The notes below the pieces were generated by a model that was not told the DNA's origin, searched no databases, and saw nothing but the letters and a program-made list of their open reading frames with translations. The position numbers were made by a program, and so were the translations under genes. Source: Patescibacteria group bacterium (GTDB lineage Bacteria > Patescibacteriota > Gracilibacteria > Peribacterales > Peribacteraceae). Taken from it: DNA of 64,000 bases. The DNA lies in the NCBI GenBank assembly GCA_018814875.1, contig JAHIYH010000045.1:13316-77315 (forward strand), given 5' to 3'. Below are positions 57,164-64,000 of the stretch, one piece after another (within the stretch, counting starts at the first letter, position 1; every line of letters starts with the position of its first letter).

Positions 57164-58210
57164 GTGCGTAGAGTAATACTTCTGCTAATTGTTTTGGTGC
57201 TTCCGTTTCCTCTTTCGGCAGAGGAAGACTACCTCACACGTCGTGATGGATTCCTTTTGATTTGGGAGAGTATTCGTCGTCCTTCCGAAGAAATAGCATC
57301 TCCTAAGTTTACTGATGTACAAGAAGTAGATGAAGGTTTTCAGGAAATCAATTACGCAGCAATTCGTGGAATACTTGATAGTGAAGAGTACTTTGTTCCC
57401 GATGGAAGATTGATGATGAGCGATGCATTGTTGTGGATTATGCGTTCACGCAATGTGGCAGAACTAAGTCACATGCAGATGAATAATTTGTCCGGGCTTC
57501 TTAAGATGTATCCAATTATTGATTTTGAAGGTGATTTGGGATCAATTGAGGTCACACGTGATTCATTAGTCAATCTTTTACGTACTTTGGATACTATGAT
57601 GATGGAAGAAGTGCACACCGTTAGTTATTATGCAGATGATTTTCATGGAAATGGAACTGCTTTTGGTGAGACATTTGATATGAATGACATCACTGCTGCG
57701 CATCGTACTATGCCGGTAGACACTCTTGTGGAAGTGACGAACATAGAAAATGGAAATCAAGTAACAGTTCGCATCAATGATCGAGGTCCTTATGTGGATG
57801 GACGAGATATGGATTTGAGTTTGGCTGCGTTCGAAAAAATTGCAGATCTATCTCGGGGTGTATTACGTGCAAGATTCAAGCGTCTAGGTGATGAGCAACT
57901 GATAGATACTTGTACTCACACTGTACGTCGGTATCAGAAGCGCATCACACGTGATATTCGTTTTCATCGAGGGGTTCCACATTCATGGAACATAGGTGAA
58001 AAGATTTCCCTAGGTGCTAATCGTTGGTTTGTAATTCGCGGTATTACCTATCCAGATGGTACATTTGTAAAGATGCAGGATTTTGTTGGAGCAAAAGAGC
58101 GCTTCCACTTTACGCCTTCAAAAGAAGGGGAGTATGTGTTCAAAATAGGGACTGCCGATGGGAGATTACGGGATATGAGGATGGAGGTGCATGGGTGTAC
58201 TGCGCTCTAA
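57164..58210 (+). CDS. rlpA: RlpA-like (double-psi beta-barrel) lytic transglycosylase family protein
   Basis: signal peptide; VSYYADDFHGNGTAFGETFD...VTVRINDRGPYVDGRDMDLSLAAF; GTG start. Confidence 0.8.
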   Translation: MRRVILLLIVLVLPFPLSAEEDYLTRRDGFLLIWESIRRPSEEIASPKFTDVQEVDEGFQEINYAAIRGILDSEEYFVPDGRLMMSDALLWIMRSRNVAELSHMQMNNLSGLLKMYPIIDFEGDLGSIEVTRDSLVNLLRTLDTMMMEEVHTVSYYADDFHGNGTAFGETFDMNDITAAHRTMPVDTLVEVTNIENGNQVTVRINDRGPYVDGRDMDLSLAAFEKIADLSRGVLRARFKRLGDEQLIDTCTHTVRRYQKRITRDIRFHRGVPHSWNIGEKISLGANRWFVIRGITYPDGTFVKMQDFVGAKERFHFTPSKEGEYVFKIGTADGRLRDMRMEVHGCTAL

Positions 58211-58243
58211 GTCGGTGGGGGGGGTATTTCTGCGTTTGGTGAG

Positions 58244-58355
58244 TCAAGAAGGTAAAGAAGGTCAAGAAGGTAAGGAAAGTAGGGGTTGTTATTCAGAATA
58301 CCGTCTTTACCTTCAATACCTTCCTTACCTTCCTTACCTACCTTACCTTCCTTAC
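58244..58355. repeat. hairpin with (GGTMARGAA)n arms, no cargo gene
   Basis: tcaagaaggtaaagaaggtcaagaaggtaaggaaagtagg versus ctttaccttcaataccttccttaccttccttacctaccttaccttccttac. Confidence 0.7.
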
Positions 58356-58431
58356 ACTTCGTTTTTCTGCTATAATCAAGTGATTCTATGAACCCAAATA
58401 TCACTCTCTCTATTACACTAATCCTAAACCC

Positions 58432-61044
58432 TTGATCAAGTTCCTGCGATATCTCTTCTGGCCAACTCTCTGGTTGCTCCTAGCGATCAGTGTCACAGTT
58501 GTCTATCCGGCATTCTGGGGGAATTTTGGATCGGCGTTTATGGATGCACCATTTGAAAGCATCATTCTCCTTGTAGGTATATATGTGGGCTGGCGTCTAT
58601 TTAAGTACTGGGGTCGATATTTTTATGCTGTAAAGCAAGCAAAGAATCTAGTGTCTCTTAAAGTGATTCTCCCACGTGATGACAGTAAAATTGATCAGGA
58701 GAAGCGTACCGAAAAAGACTTCAAAGAAAAGATAGCTGTAATGGAACAATTGTATCGTGCAATTTGGGAAGTGAAGAGTCTCAACCTTAAGCAGATGGTA
58801 CATTTTTGGTTCTTCCGTTATTTAACGCTCAGTTTTGAGTTTTTTCTGGAAAAAGGACAACTTACATTTTATGTAGTCACTCAGCCAAAACTTCTTTCCA
58901 TTGTGGAAAAACAAATCACAGCTTTCTATCCCAATTCAGAAGTGATTCCACAAAAAACGCCGGAAATCTGGCAGAAGGGATACAAACTTATGGGATACAA
59001 CATGGTCTTAGAAAGATCCTTTCCATATCCACTTAGGTTCTATAATGACATGCAAGACGATCCACTTAATTCTCTTGCTAATGTTCTTAGTAAATTAAAA
59101 GAAGATGAAACTGCAACAATTCAGGTGGCGCTAACTCCATCGTTTTCTAATAAGTGGACCAAGAAAGCCAGGGCACTTGCTACTGAACGATTTAAAGGAA
59201 AGAGCGATAGCTGGACGGGTCATATCCCCATCCTTAGTTCTTTTCTGAAAGTATTTGACGGTGTTTTAAGTGGGACAGATGGCAAAACGATGGCACCGGG
59301 AGCATCGGAAGGAGATCGCTACGTGCGCATGATTCAGCCAGAGGAAGAGCTCTATAAGCGTATGGGGGAGAAGGCGGGAATGAATTTCTTCCATGCTTCC
59401 ATTCGAATTCTGGCTTCTGCTAAGACATACGAACGTTCGATGGATATTACAAATAACTTACAAGTTGCGTTTAATTCGTTTAAAGATCTTTACGGAAACT
59501 TCCTAGTAAACAGGCGAATGTTTGTGGACTTCTTCCCGCTTGGTTGGAATGCAAAGTTGATTCATAAACTCTGGAAGAACCGCATTACCGGAGGATACCT
59601 ACAGAAGGATACTCTCCTTGGTGAGCGCGAACTTGCAGGTATATATCACTTCCCAGACAGCCGATACAACAAGATTCCTATTATAGAATGGAGCACATAC
59701 AAAGCACTGCCACCTCCGCCAAATGCTCCGCGAGAAGGAATTATATTGGGGCTCAATAAACATCGTGGTGAAGAGACGCCTATCAGGTTCCTAGACAAAG
59801 ATCGCACTCGTCATCACTACATCATAGGAAAATCTGGATCAGGTAAGTCAACGCTTCTTTCGTACATGTCACGACAAGACATTGCGAATGGTCAGGGTGT
59901 TTGTATTGTAGATCCGCATGGTGACTTGATTGAAGATGCTTTGGCGCATGTACCAAAAGAACGCGCAAAGGATATTGTTGTGTTCGATCCGTCTGATATG
60001 CAACGTCCTATGGGACTTAATTTGCTTGAAGCTAAGTCTGATGAACAAAAAGATCGTGCGTCACTCGATGCTATGGAGATCTTTATCAAGCTTTTTGGGA
60101 ACGAGATCTTTGGACCGCGTATTCAACACTACTTCCGCAATGGTTGTCTTACTCTGATGGATGACGAAGAAGAGGGTGCAACACTAATCGATGTTCCTCG
60201 TTTGTTCGTTGATGAAGAGTTCCAACGGTACAAAGTTTCCAAGTGTCGCAATCCTGTGGTCTTAAGTTTCTGGAATCACGAAATGGCAAAGACGGGAGCA
60301 CGCGAAAAAGAAGAGATGATTCCGTATTTTAGTTCTAAATTTGGTCCGTTCATAACGAACACAACGATGCGTAATATCATTGGGCAACCAAAGAGTGCGT
60401 TCGACATTCGTCAGATTATGGACGACGGAAAAGTTCTTCTTGTGAACTTGAGCAAAGGAAAGATTGGAGATGTGAATGCACAACTCCTAGGGCTTATATT
60501 CGTCAACAAGATAAATATGGCTGCTCTATCGCGTGCAGACACTCCGCGTCCTGATCGTCGTAGATTCTATTTGTACGTTGATGAGTTCCAAAACTTTGTA
60601 ACTGATGCATTCGTAACAATCCTTTCCGAAGCACGAAAGTACGAACTGGCACTCATCATGGCGCACCAATATATCGGACAGCTGGTTGGAAAAACTGCAG
60701 CGTATGGGGATGCTAGTACACAGATGCGCGATGCAATCTTTGGTAACGTTGGTACAATCATGAGTTTTAAAGTCGGTGCAGAAGATGCAGAATATATGGC
60801 CAAAGAATATGCACCAGTTATTTCGGAACAAGATGTTATTGGTATTCCAAACTTTAGTTGCTATTGCAAACTCAATATCAATAATGTCCCTTCACGTCCA
60901 TTTTCCATGACTACGATTTATGATGAATCGGATAGAAATGAGAAGTTGGGAGGGTTGATTAAGGAATACAGCAGGATGAAGTATGGTCGTAAGAAGGTAT
61001 TTGTGGACCAAGAGATCGAGGATAGGATTGGGATAATTCGATAA
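58432..61044 (+). CDS. membrane-anchored VirD4/TraD-TraG-like P-loop ATPase, paralog 2
   Basis: two N-terminal TM helices; Walker A IIGKSGSGKST; CIVDPHGDL; Walker B FYLYVDEFQNF; collinear with 33734..36214; TTG start. Confidence 0.65.
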   Translation: MIKFLRYLFWPTLWLLLAISVTVVYPAFWGNFGSAFMDAPFESIILLVGIYVGWRLFKYWGRYFYAVKQAKNLVSLKVILPRDDSKIDQEKRTEKDFKEKIAVMEQLYRAIWEVKSLNLKQMVHFWFFRYLTLSFEFFLEKGQLTFYVVTQPKLLSIVEKQITAFYPNSEVIPQKTPEIWQKGYKLMGYNMVLERSFPYPLRFYNDMQDDPLNSLANVLSKLKEDETATIQVALTPSFSNKWTKKARALATERFKGKSDSWTGHIPILSSFLKVFDGVLSGTDGKTMAPGASEGDRYVRMIQPEEELYKRMGEKAGMNFFHASIRILASAKTYERSMDITNNLQVAFNSFKDLYGNFLVNRRMFVDFFPLGWNAKLIHKLWKNRITGGYLQKDTLLGERELAGIYHFPDSRYNKIPIIEWSTYKALPPPPNAPREGIILGLNKHRGEETPIRFLDKDRTRHHYIIGKSGSGKSTLLSYMSRQDIANGQGVCIVDPHGDLIEDALAHVPKERAKDIVVFDPSDMQRPMGLNLLEAKSDEQKDRASLDAMEIFIKLFGNEIFGPRIQHYFRNGCLTLMDDEEEGATLIDVPRLFVDEEFQRYKVSKCRNPVVLSFWNHEMAKTGAREKEEMIPYFSSKFGPFITNTTMRNIIGQPKSAFDIRQIMDDGKVLLVNLSKGKIGDVNAQLLGLIFVNKINMAALSRADTPRPDRRRFYLYVDEFQNFVTDAFVTILSEARKYELALIMAHQYIGQLVGKTAAYGDASTQMRDAIFGNVGTIMSFKVGAEDAEYMAKEYAPVISEQDVIGIPNFSCYCKLNINNVPSRPFSMTTIYDESDRNEKLGGLIKEYSRMKYGRKKVFVDQEIEDRIGIIR

Positions 61045-61054
61045 GGGATTTTTA

Positions 61055-61131
61055 TTCGTATCTAGTATTTCGTATCTAGTATTTCGTATGAGATTCATGA
61101 GTTATACGAAATACTAGATACTAAATACGAT
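61055..61131. repeat. hairpin with (CGTATCTAGTATTT)n arms
   Basis: attcgtatctagtatttcgtatctagtatttcgtat versus atacgaaatactagatactaaatacgat; 10 nt after the ATPase stop. Confidence 0.7.
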
Positions 61132-61168
61132 TTCACAAAGTTAGAATCGTGTGTATGATCGCACCACT

Positions 61169-61480
61169 ATGGTATCTTTCTCTCAAGCAAAAGACATGTT
61201 CCGCCTCCAAAAGGAGGCAAAGAAGGTTAAAAAAGAACTGAAGAAGATTCAGGTCGAAGCTGAAGCACATGGTGTAAGTGTGGTTATTAGTGCAGAGCAA
61301 GAAATCCTTTCGATCAATATTGCTGCTGATGTTCCTCGTGAGAAGATTCCTGAATTACTTAAAGATGCTCTTAATCGTGCAATGAAGAAAGCTCAGGTTG
61401 TTTCTGCAGAAAAAATGCAGAGTGTAATGGGAGAGATGGGAATGCCAACAGAACAAGGTATGCGCGGTATGTCTGAATAA
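61169..61480 (+). CDS. ybaB: YbaB/EbfC family nucleoid-associated protein
   Basis: MFRLQKEAKKVKKELKKIQVEAEAHGVSVVISAEQEILSINI pattern; ATG 61169 preferred. Confidence 0.8.
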   Translation: MVSFSQAKDMFRLQKEAKKVKKELKKIQVEAEAHGVSVVISAEQEILSINIAADVPREKIPELLKDALNRAMKKAQVVSAEKMQSVMGEMGMPTEQGMRGMSE

Positions 61481-61644
61481 TGATTCCTAACGAGTAATTG
61501 ATAATTGACAATCGATAATTGACAATTTTTTTTCATAAAAATGCTTGTTCTAGGAAAGTCCCACGACCGTCTCGGTCGTGTAAACAAGTATGTTGATCCT
61601 AAGATCGTCTCGATTGCGGATCATGATTCTAGTACTATTACCTC

Positions 61645-62649
61645 ATGAAAAAACTCCTCTTCATCACTCTCATCGTTCTTACTAGTATTTCACTTTGGTA
61701 CAAGGCGTCTCTACGTCCTGTGGATATATCCAGTGATACACGACTGGCACTAAAGATTGATCCCGGAATGGCTGTACAAGATATAGCTCAGGTTCTTTAT
61801 GATCGTCAGATAATTCGTTCGCGCAAAGCTTTTATGATTTTTGCAAAATTGCATGGCAAAGAGACTGCATTACAGGCAGGTAAGTTTGTGTTACGTCCTT
61901 CTATGAATGTTTCTGAGTTGATAGAAGTTTTGCAAGATGGCAAAGCAGAAGAGATGATAATTACTATTCCAGAAGGATTTACGGTTAAGCAGATAGATGA
62001 GCTTTTGGCAAAGAAGGGGATTATAGAAGAAGGTGAAATTATGAATTGCTTAGTTGAATGTGATTTTTCCTATTTTGATTTCCTGCCATCTGGAGAGGGT
62101 CAAGCTGATCGTGGCGGAAGGCTGGAAGGGTATTTATTCCCGGAAACGTATTACATAAACGTAGATGAGTTTGTTCCTAAGTTCTTTTTAGAAAGAATGA
62201 TGACAACGTTTAGAAGGCGAGTTATAGAAACGTTCCCAGATCAGTTTGTAGATCCCAAACGTTCTTTGCACGAAATAATTACAATGGCTTCGCTAATCGA
62301 GGAAGAGGCAATAAGAGATGACGAACGAGCAGTTATAGCTGGTATTCTTTGGAAGAGATTTGATGATGGTAGGGGATTGGGTGTAGATGCAACTGTTCGT
62401 TATATTATTAATAAGCCGACAGCTGCAATCACAACCGCAGACCTGAATACAAATTCAGATTACAACACACGTAAATTCAAGGGGTTGCCGCCAGGGCCAA
62501 TTGCAAGTCCGGGTGAAGCAAGTATTCGTGCGGCAATCTTCCCAGAAGAAAGTGAATATTGGTACTACTTACATGGTGATGACGGGCAGATTAGATATGC
62601 CAAAACTAATGAGGGGCATAATACGAATAGATTTATGTATATTAAGTAG
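61645..62649 (+). CDS. mltG: endolytic murein transglycosylase (YceG-like)
   Basis: N-terminal TM, ITIPEGFTVKQI, ASLIEEEA, GLPPGPIASPG motifs. Confidence 0.9.
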   Translation: MKKLLFITLIVLTSISLWYKASLRPVDISSDTRLALKIDPGMAVQDIAQVLYDRQIIRSRKAFMIFAKLHGKETALQAGKFVLRPSMNVSELIEVLQDGKAEEMIITIPEGFTVKQIDELLAKKGIIEEGEIMNCLVECDFSYFDFLPSGEGQADRGGRLEGYLFPETYYINVDEFVPKFFLERMMTTFRRRVIETFPDQFVDPKRSLHEIITMASLIEEEAIRDDERAVIAGILWKRFDDGRGLGVDATVRYIINKPTAAITTADLNTNSDYNTRKFKGLPPGPIASPGEASIRAAIFPEESEYWYYLHGDDGQIRYAKTNEGHNTNRFMYIK

Positions 62650-62834
62650 GGGTTAGGCACTAGGGGCTATATTAAGGGATGGATTTAATAGATGCACATT
62701 GTCTGAACTAAGATTTACAGGATTAATTGATTAACATGATTAATACCTCAGAGATATGTTTCAATTTAGAATCCTGTAAATCCTAAAATCATGTGAATCA
62801 TGGTCCCGACTTTTCTCTGTAATAACTTCTTCCC

Positions 62835-62966
62835 TTGTCTGAATCACGGATTAAATGGATTAAGAGGATTACACGAATTATTTCGATTAGATTTGGTGCT
62901 TCATAAAATAAGAATCCGTGTAATCCGTTCGATAAGCGTAATCCGTGATTCAGACAATTATCCGTG
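62835..62966. repeat. long hairpin with GGATTA-rich arms plus partial tandem duplication of the right end
   Basis: ttgtctgaatcacggattaaatggattaagaggattacacgaatt versus aagaatccgtgtaatccgttcgataagcgtaatccgtgattcagacaa; a second hairpin lies at about 62701..62810. Confidence 0.6.
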
Positions 62967-62976
62967 ATTCAGACAA

Positions 62977-63813
62977 TTATCTGATATTAAGCAATACCAC
63001 TCCTACAATAACTATGCAGCTGGAAATTATAAGTCGTGATAATGACTGATCTTTTTCTTTAAACAAGAAGTACCCTCCAAGTGATGCCAAGAGGATGCTT
63101 GTTCTCTTAATTGCAACAACGTAAGGAGCAGGTGCCATAGTGAGGGCGATGAGTGTTACTATATCTTGCGAAAATACTGCAATGGCAAAAGCACCAAGGA
63201 GTAAAAGAAGTGATCTAGTGAAGTGTGTTTGTGACCATGCACGCTTTGCGAACAAGCTATTCCAAATCAAGGTACTTGTCATCCCCAGTCCGATTATTGC
63301 AAATGGATGCGGGAAGAATGTGAGAACTTTTGAAAGTATTGAAACATTGATTCCAAGGAGTAGAACACATATGAGTATTATCCACGGCCATATATTTTTC
63401 CATTTACTCCACTGTCCGTGATACAGGATCAAAAGTCCTGCGGTGATAACAGATAGTCCTAATATTCCTTTTAGTGAGAACTGCTCAGAGAATACAAATA
63501 CTGAAAAGAGAAACGTAGTAATGGTTGATAGTGCAGAGAGCGGCTTGATGATAGTTACATCACTACGTTGACTACTTGCCGTCATAAGCCACATCATGAT
63601 CGGTAATATAACAGTGGGGATTGGGAGGTACCAATACCACCAAGATTCATCCCATGGGAAATCAATGTTGCGCAGAGAGATGATCAGAACTACAGGACCA
63701 AGAATATTGGCAGATGCAGCAACGACGCTGGTTGGCGTCCCTCTACTAGCACGGGCAAAGAGCCATAAGGAGGCGTAGAGAACTGCCGATGTAAGGGCAT
63801 AGGCAAACCACAT
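62977..63813 (-). CDS. EamA/DMT-superfamily transporter
   Basis: about 10 TM helices in two repeated halves; start trimmed to MWFAYALTSAV (the upstream extension translates a repeat arm). Confidence 0.6.
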   Translation of the reverse strand: MWFAYALTSAVLYASLWLFARASRGTPTSVVAASANILGPVVLIISLRNIDFPWDESWWYWYLPIPTVILPIMMWLMTASSQRSDVTIIKPLSALSTITTFLFSVFVFSEQFSLKGILGLSVITAGLLILYHGQWSKWKNIWPWIILICVLLLGINVSILSKVLTFFPHPFAIIGLGMTSTLIWNSLFAKRAWSQTHFTRSLLLLLGAFAIAVFSQDIVTLIALTMAPAPYVVAIKRTSILLASLGGYFLFKEKDQSLSRLIISSCIVIVGVVLLNIR

Positions 63814-63816
63814 ATG

Positions 63817-63931
63817 GGGGTAAGGAAGGTATTGAAGGTAAGGAAGGTCAGGAAGGTCAGGAAAGGAGGGCAAGGTTATACCTTCCTTACATTCTTTACT
63901 TTCTTTACTTTCTTTACATTCAATACCTTCC
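63817..63931. repeat. hairpin with (GGTMARGAA)n arms, no cargo gene
   Basis: ggggtaaggaaggtattgaaggtaaggaaggtcaggaaggtcaggaaagg versus ccttccttacattctttactttctttactttctttacattcaataccttcc. Confidence 0.7.
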
Positions 63932-64000
63932 TATTGTACACAAAATCGAGGGATTGCAGAATACATCAAAATATTGTATAATATAAGTATATGAAATTTC

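Overview
This 64-kb chromosomal segment comes from a low-GC bacterium that uses the standard genetic code. T4SS_pilin-type pilins, several four-helix-bundle (23S-IVS-protein-like) genes and a small-genome gene mix resemble Patescibacteria/CPR, possibly Peregrinibacteria-like, but taxonomy cannot be verified here. The backbone holds the 3' part of rpoC, then rpsL-rpsG-fusA. Next comes a complete histidine operon in the order hisG-D-C-B-H-(A-F fused)-IE, preceded by a YerC/TrpR (HisR-like) regulator. Further genes are ribD, class II RNR nrdJ, ychF, tsf-rpsB, glyQS, rpsU, gyrB, and hisS with a divergent tRNA-His. There are also envelope genes (SLH-sortase, S41 protease, PrsW, 3D/RlpA/MltG lytic enzymes) and two paralogous VirD4/TraD-like ATPases, each next to three small pilin-like or membrane proteins. 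The stand-out is a complete diversity-generating retroelement (DGR) at 23.6-27.7 kb. It comprises an Avd-like four-helix protein, a 117-nt template repeat (TR), two paralogous target genes with C-terminal variable regions (VR), and an RT with the IGxxxSQ signature. The VRs differ from the TR almost only at TR adenines. The architecture is unusual: the TR and both targets lie on the strand opposite avd and the RT. The targets have no obvious C-type-lectin signature or signal peptide. Their non-coding flanks are near-identical while the coding parts have diverged. Other layers of structure are not explained by genes. More than 20 intergenic hairpins have arms that are 7-9-nt tandem repeats, and three of them carry a four-helix-bundle gene in the loop. 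A GC-rich CCTTCG...CTAYGG element family sits downstream of both VRs and at duplicated 5' ends of rpsL, hisS and tRNA-His. There is also a two-copy MITE-like element. Coordinates of features that are not on the ORF track were read by hand and may be off by 1-3 nt.
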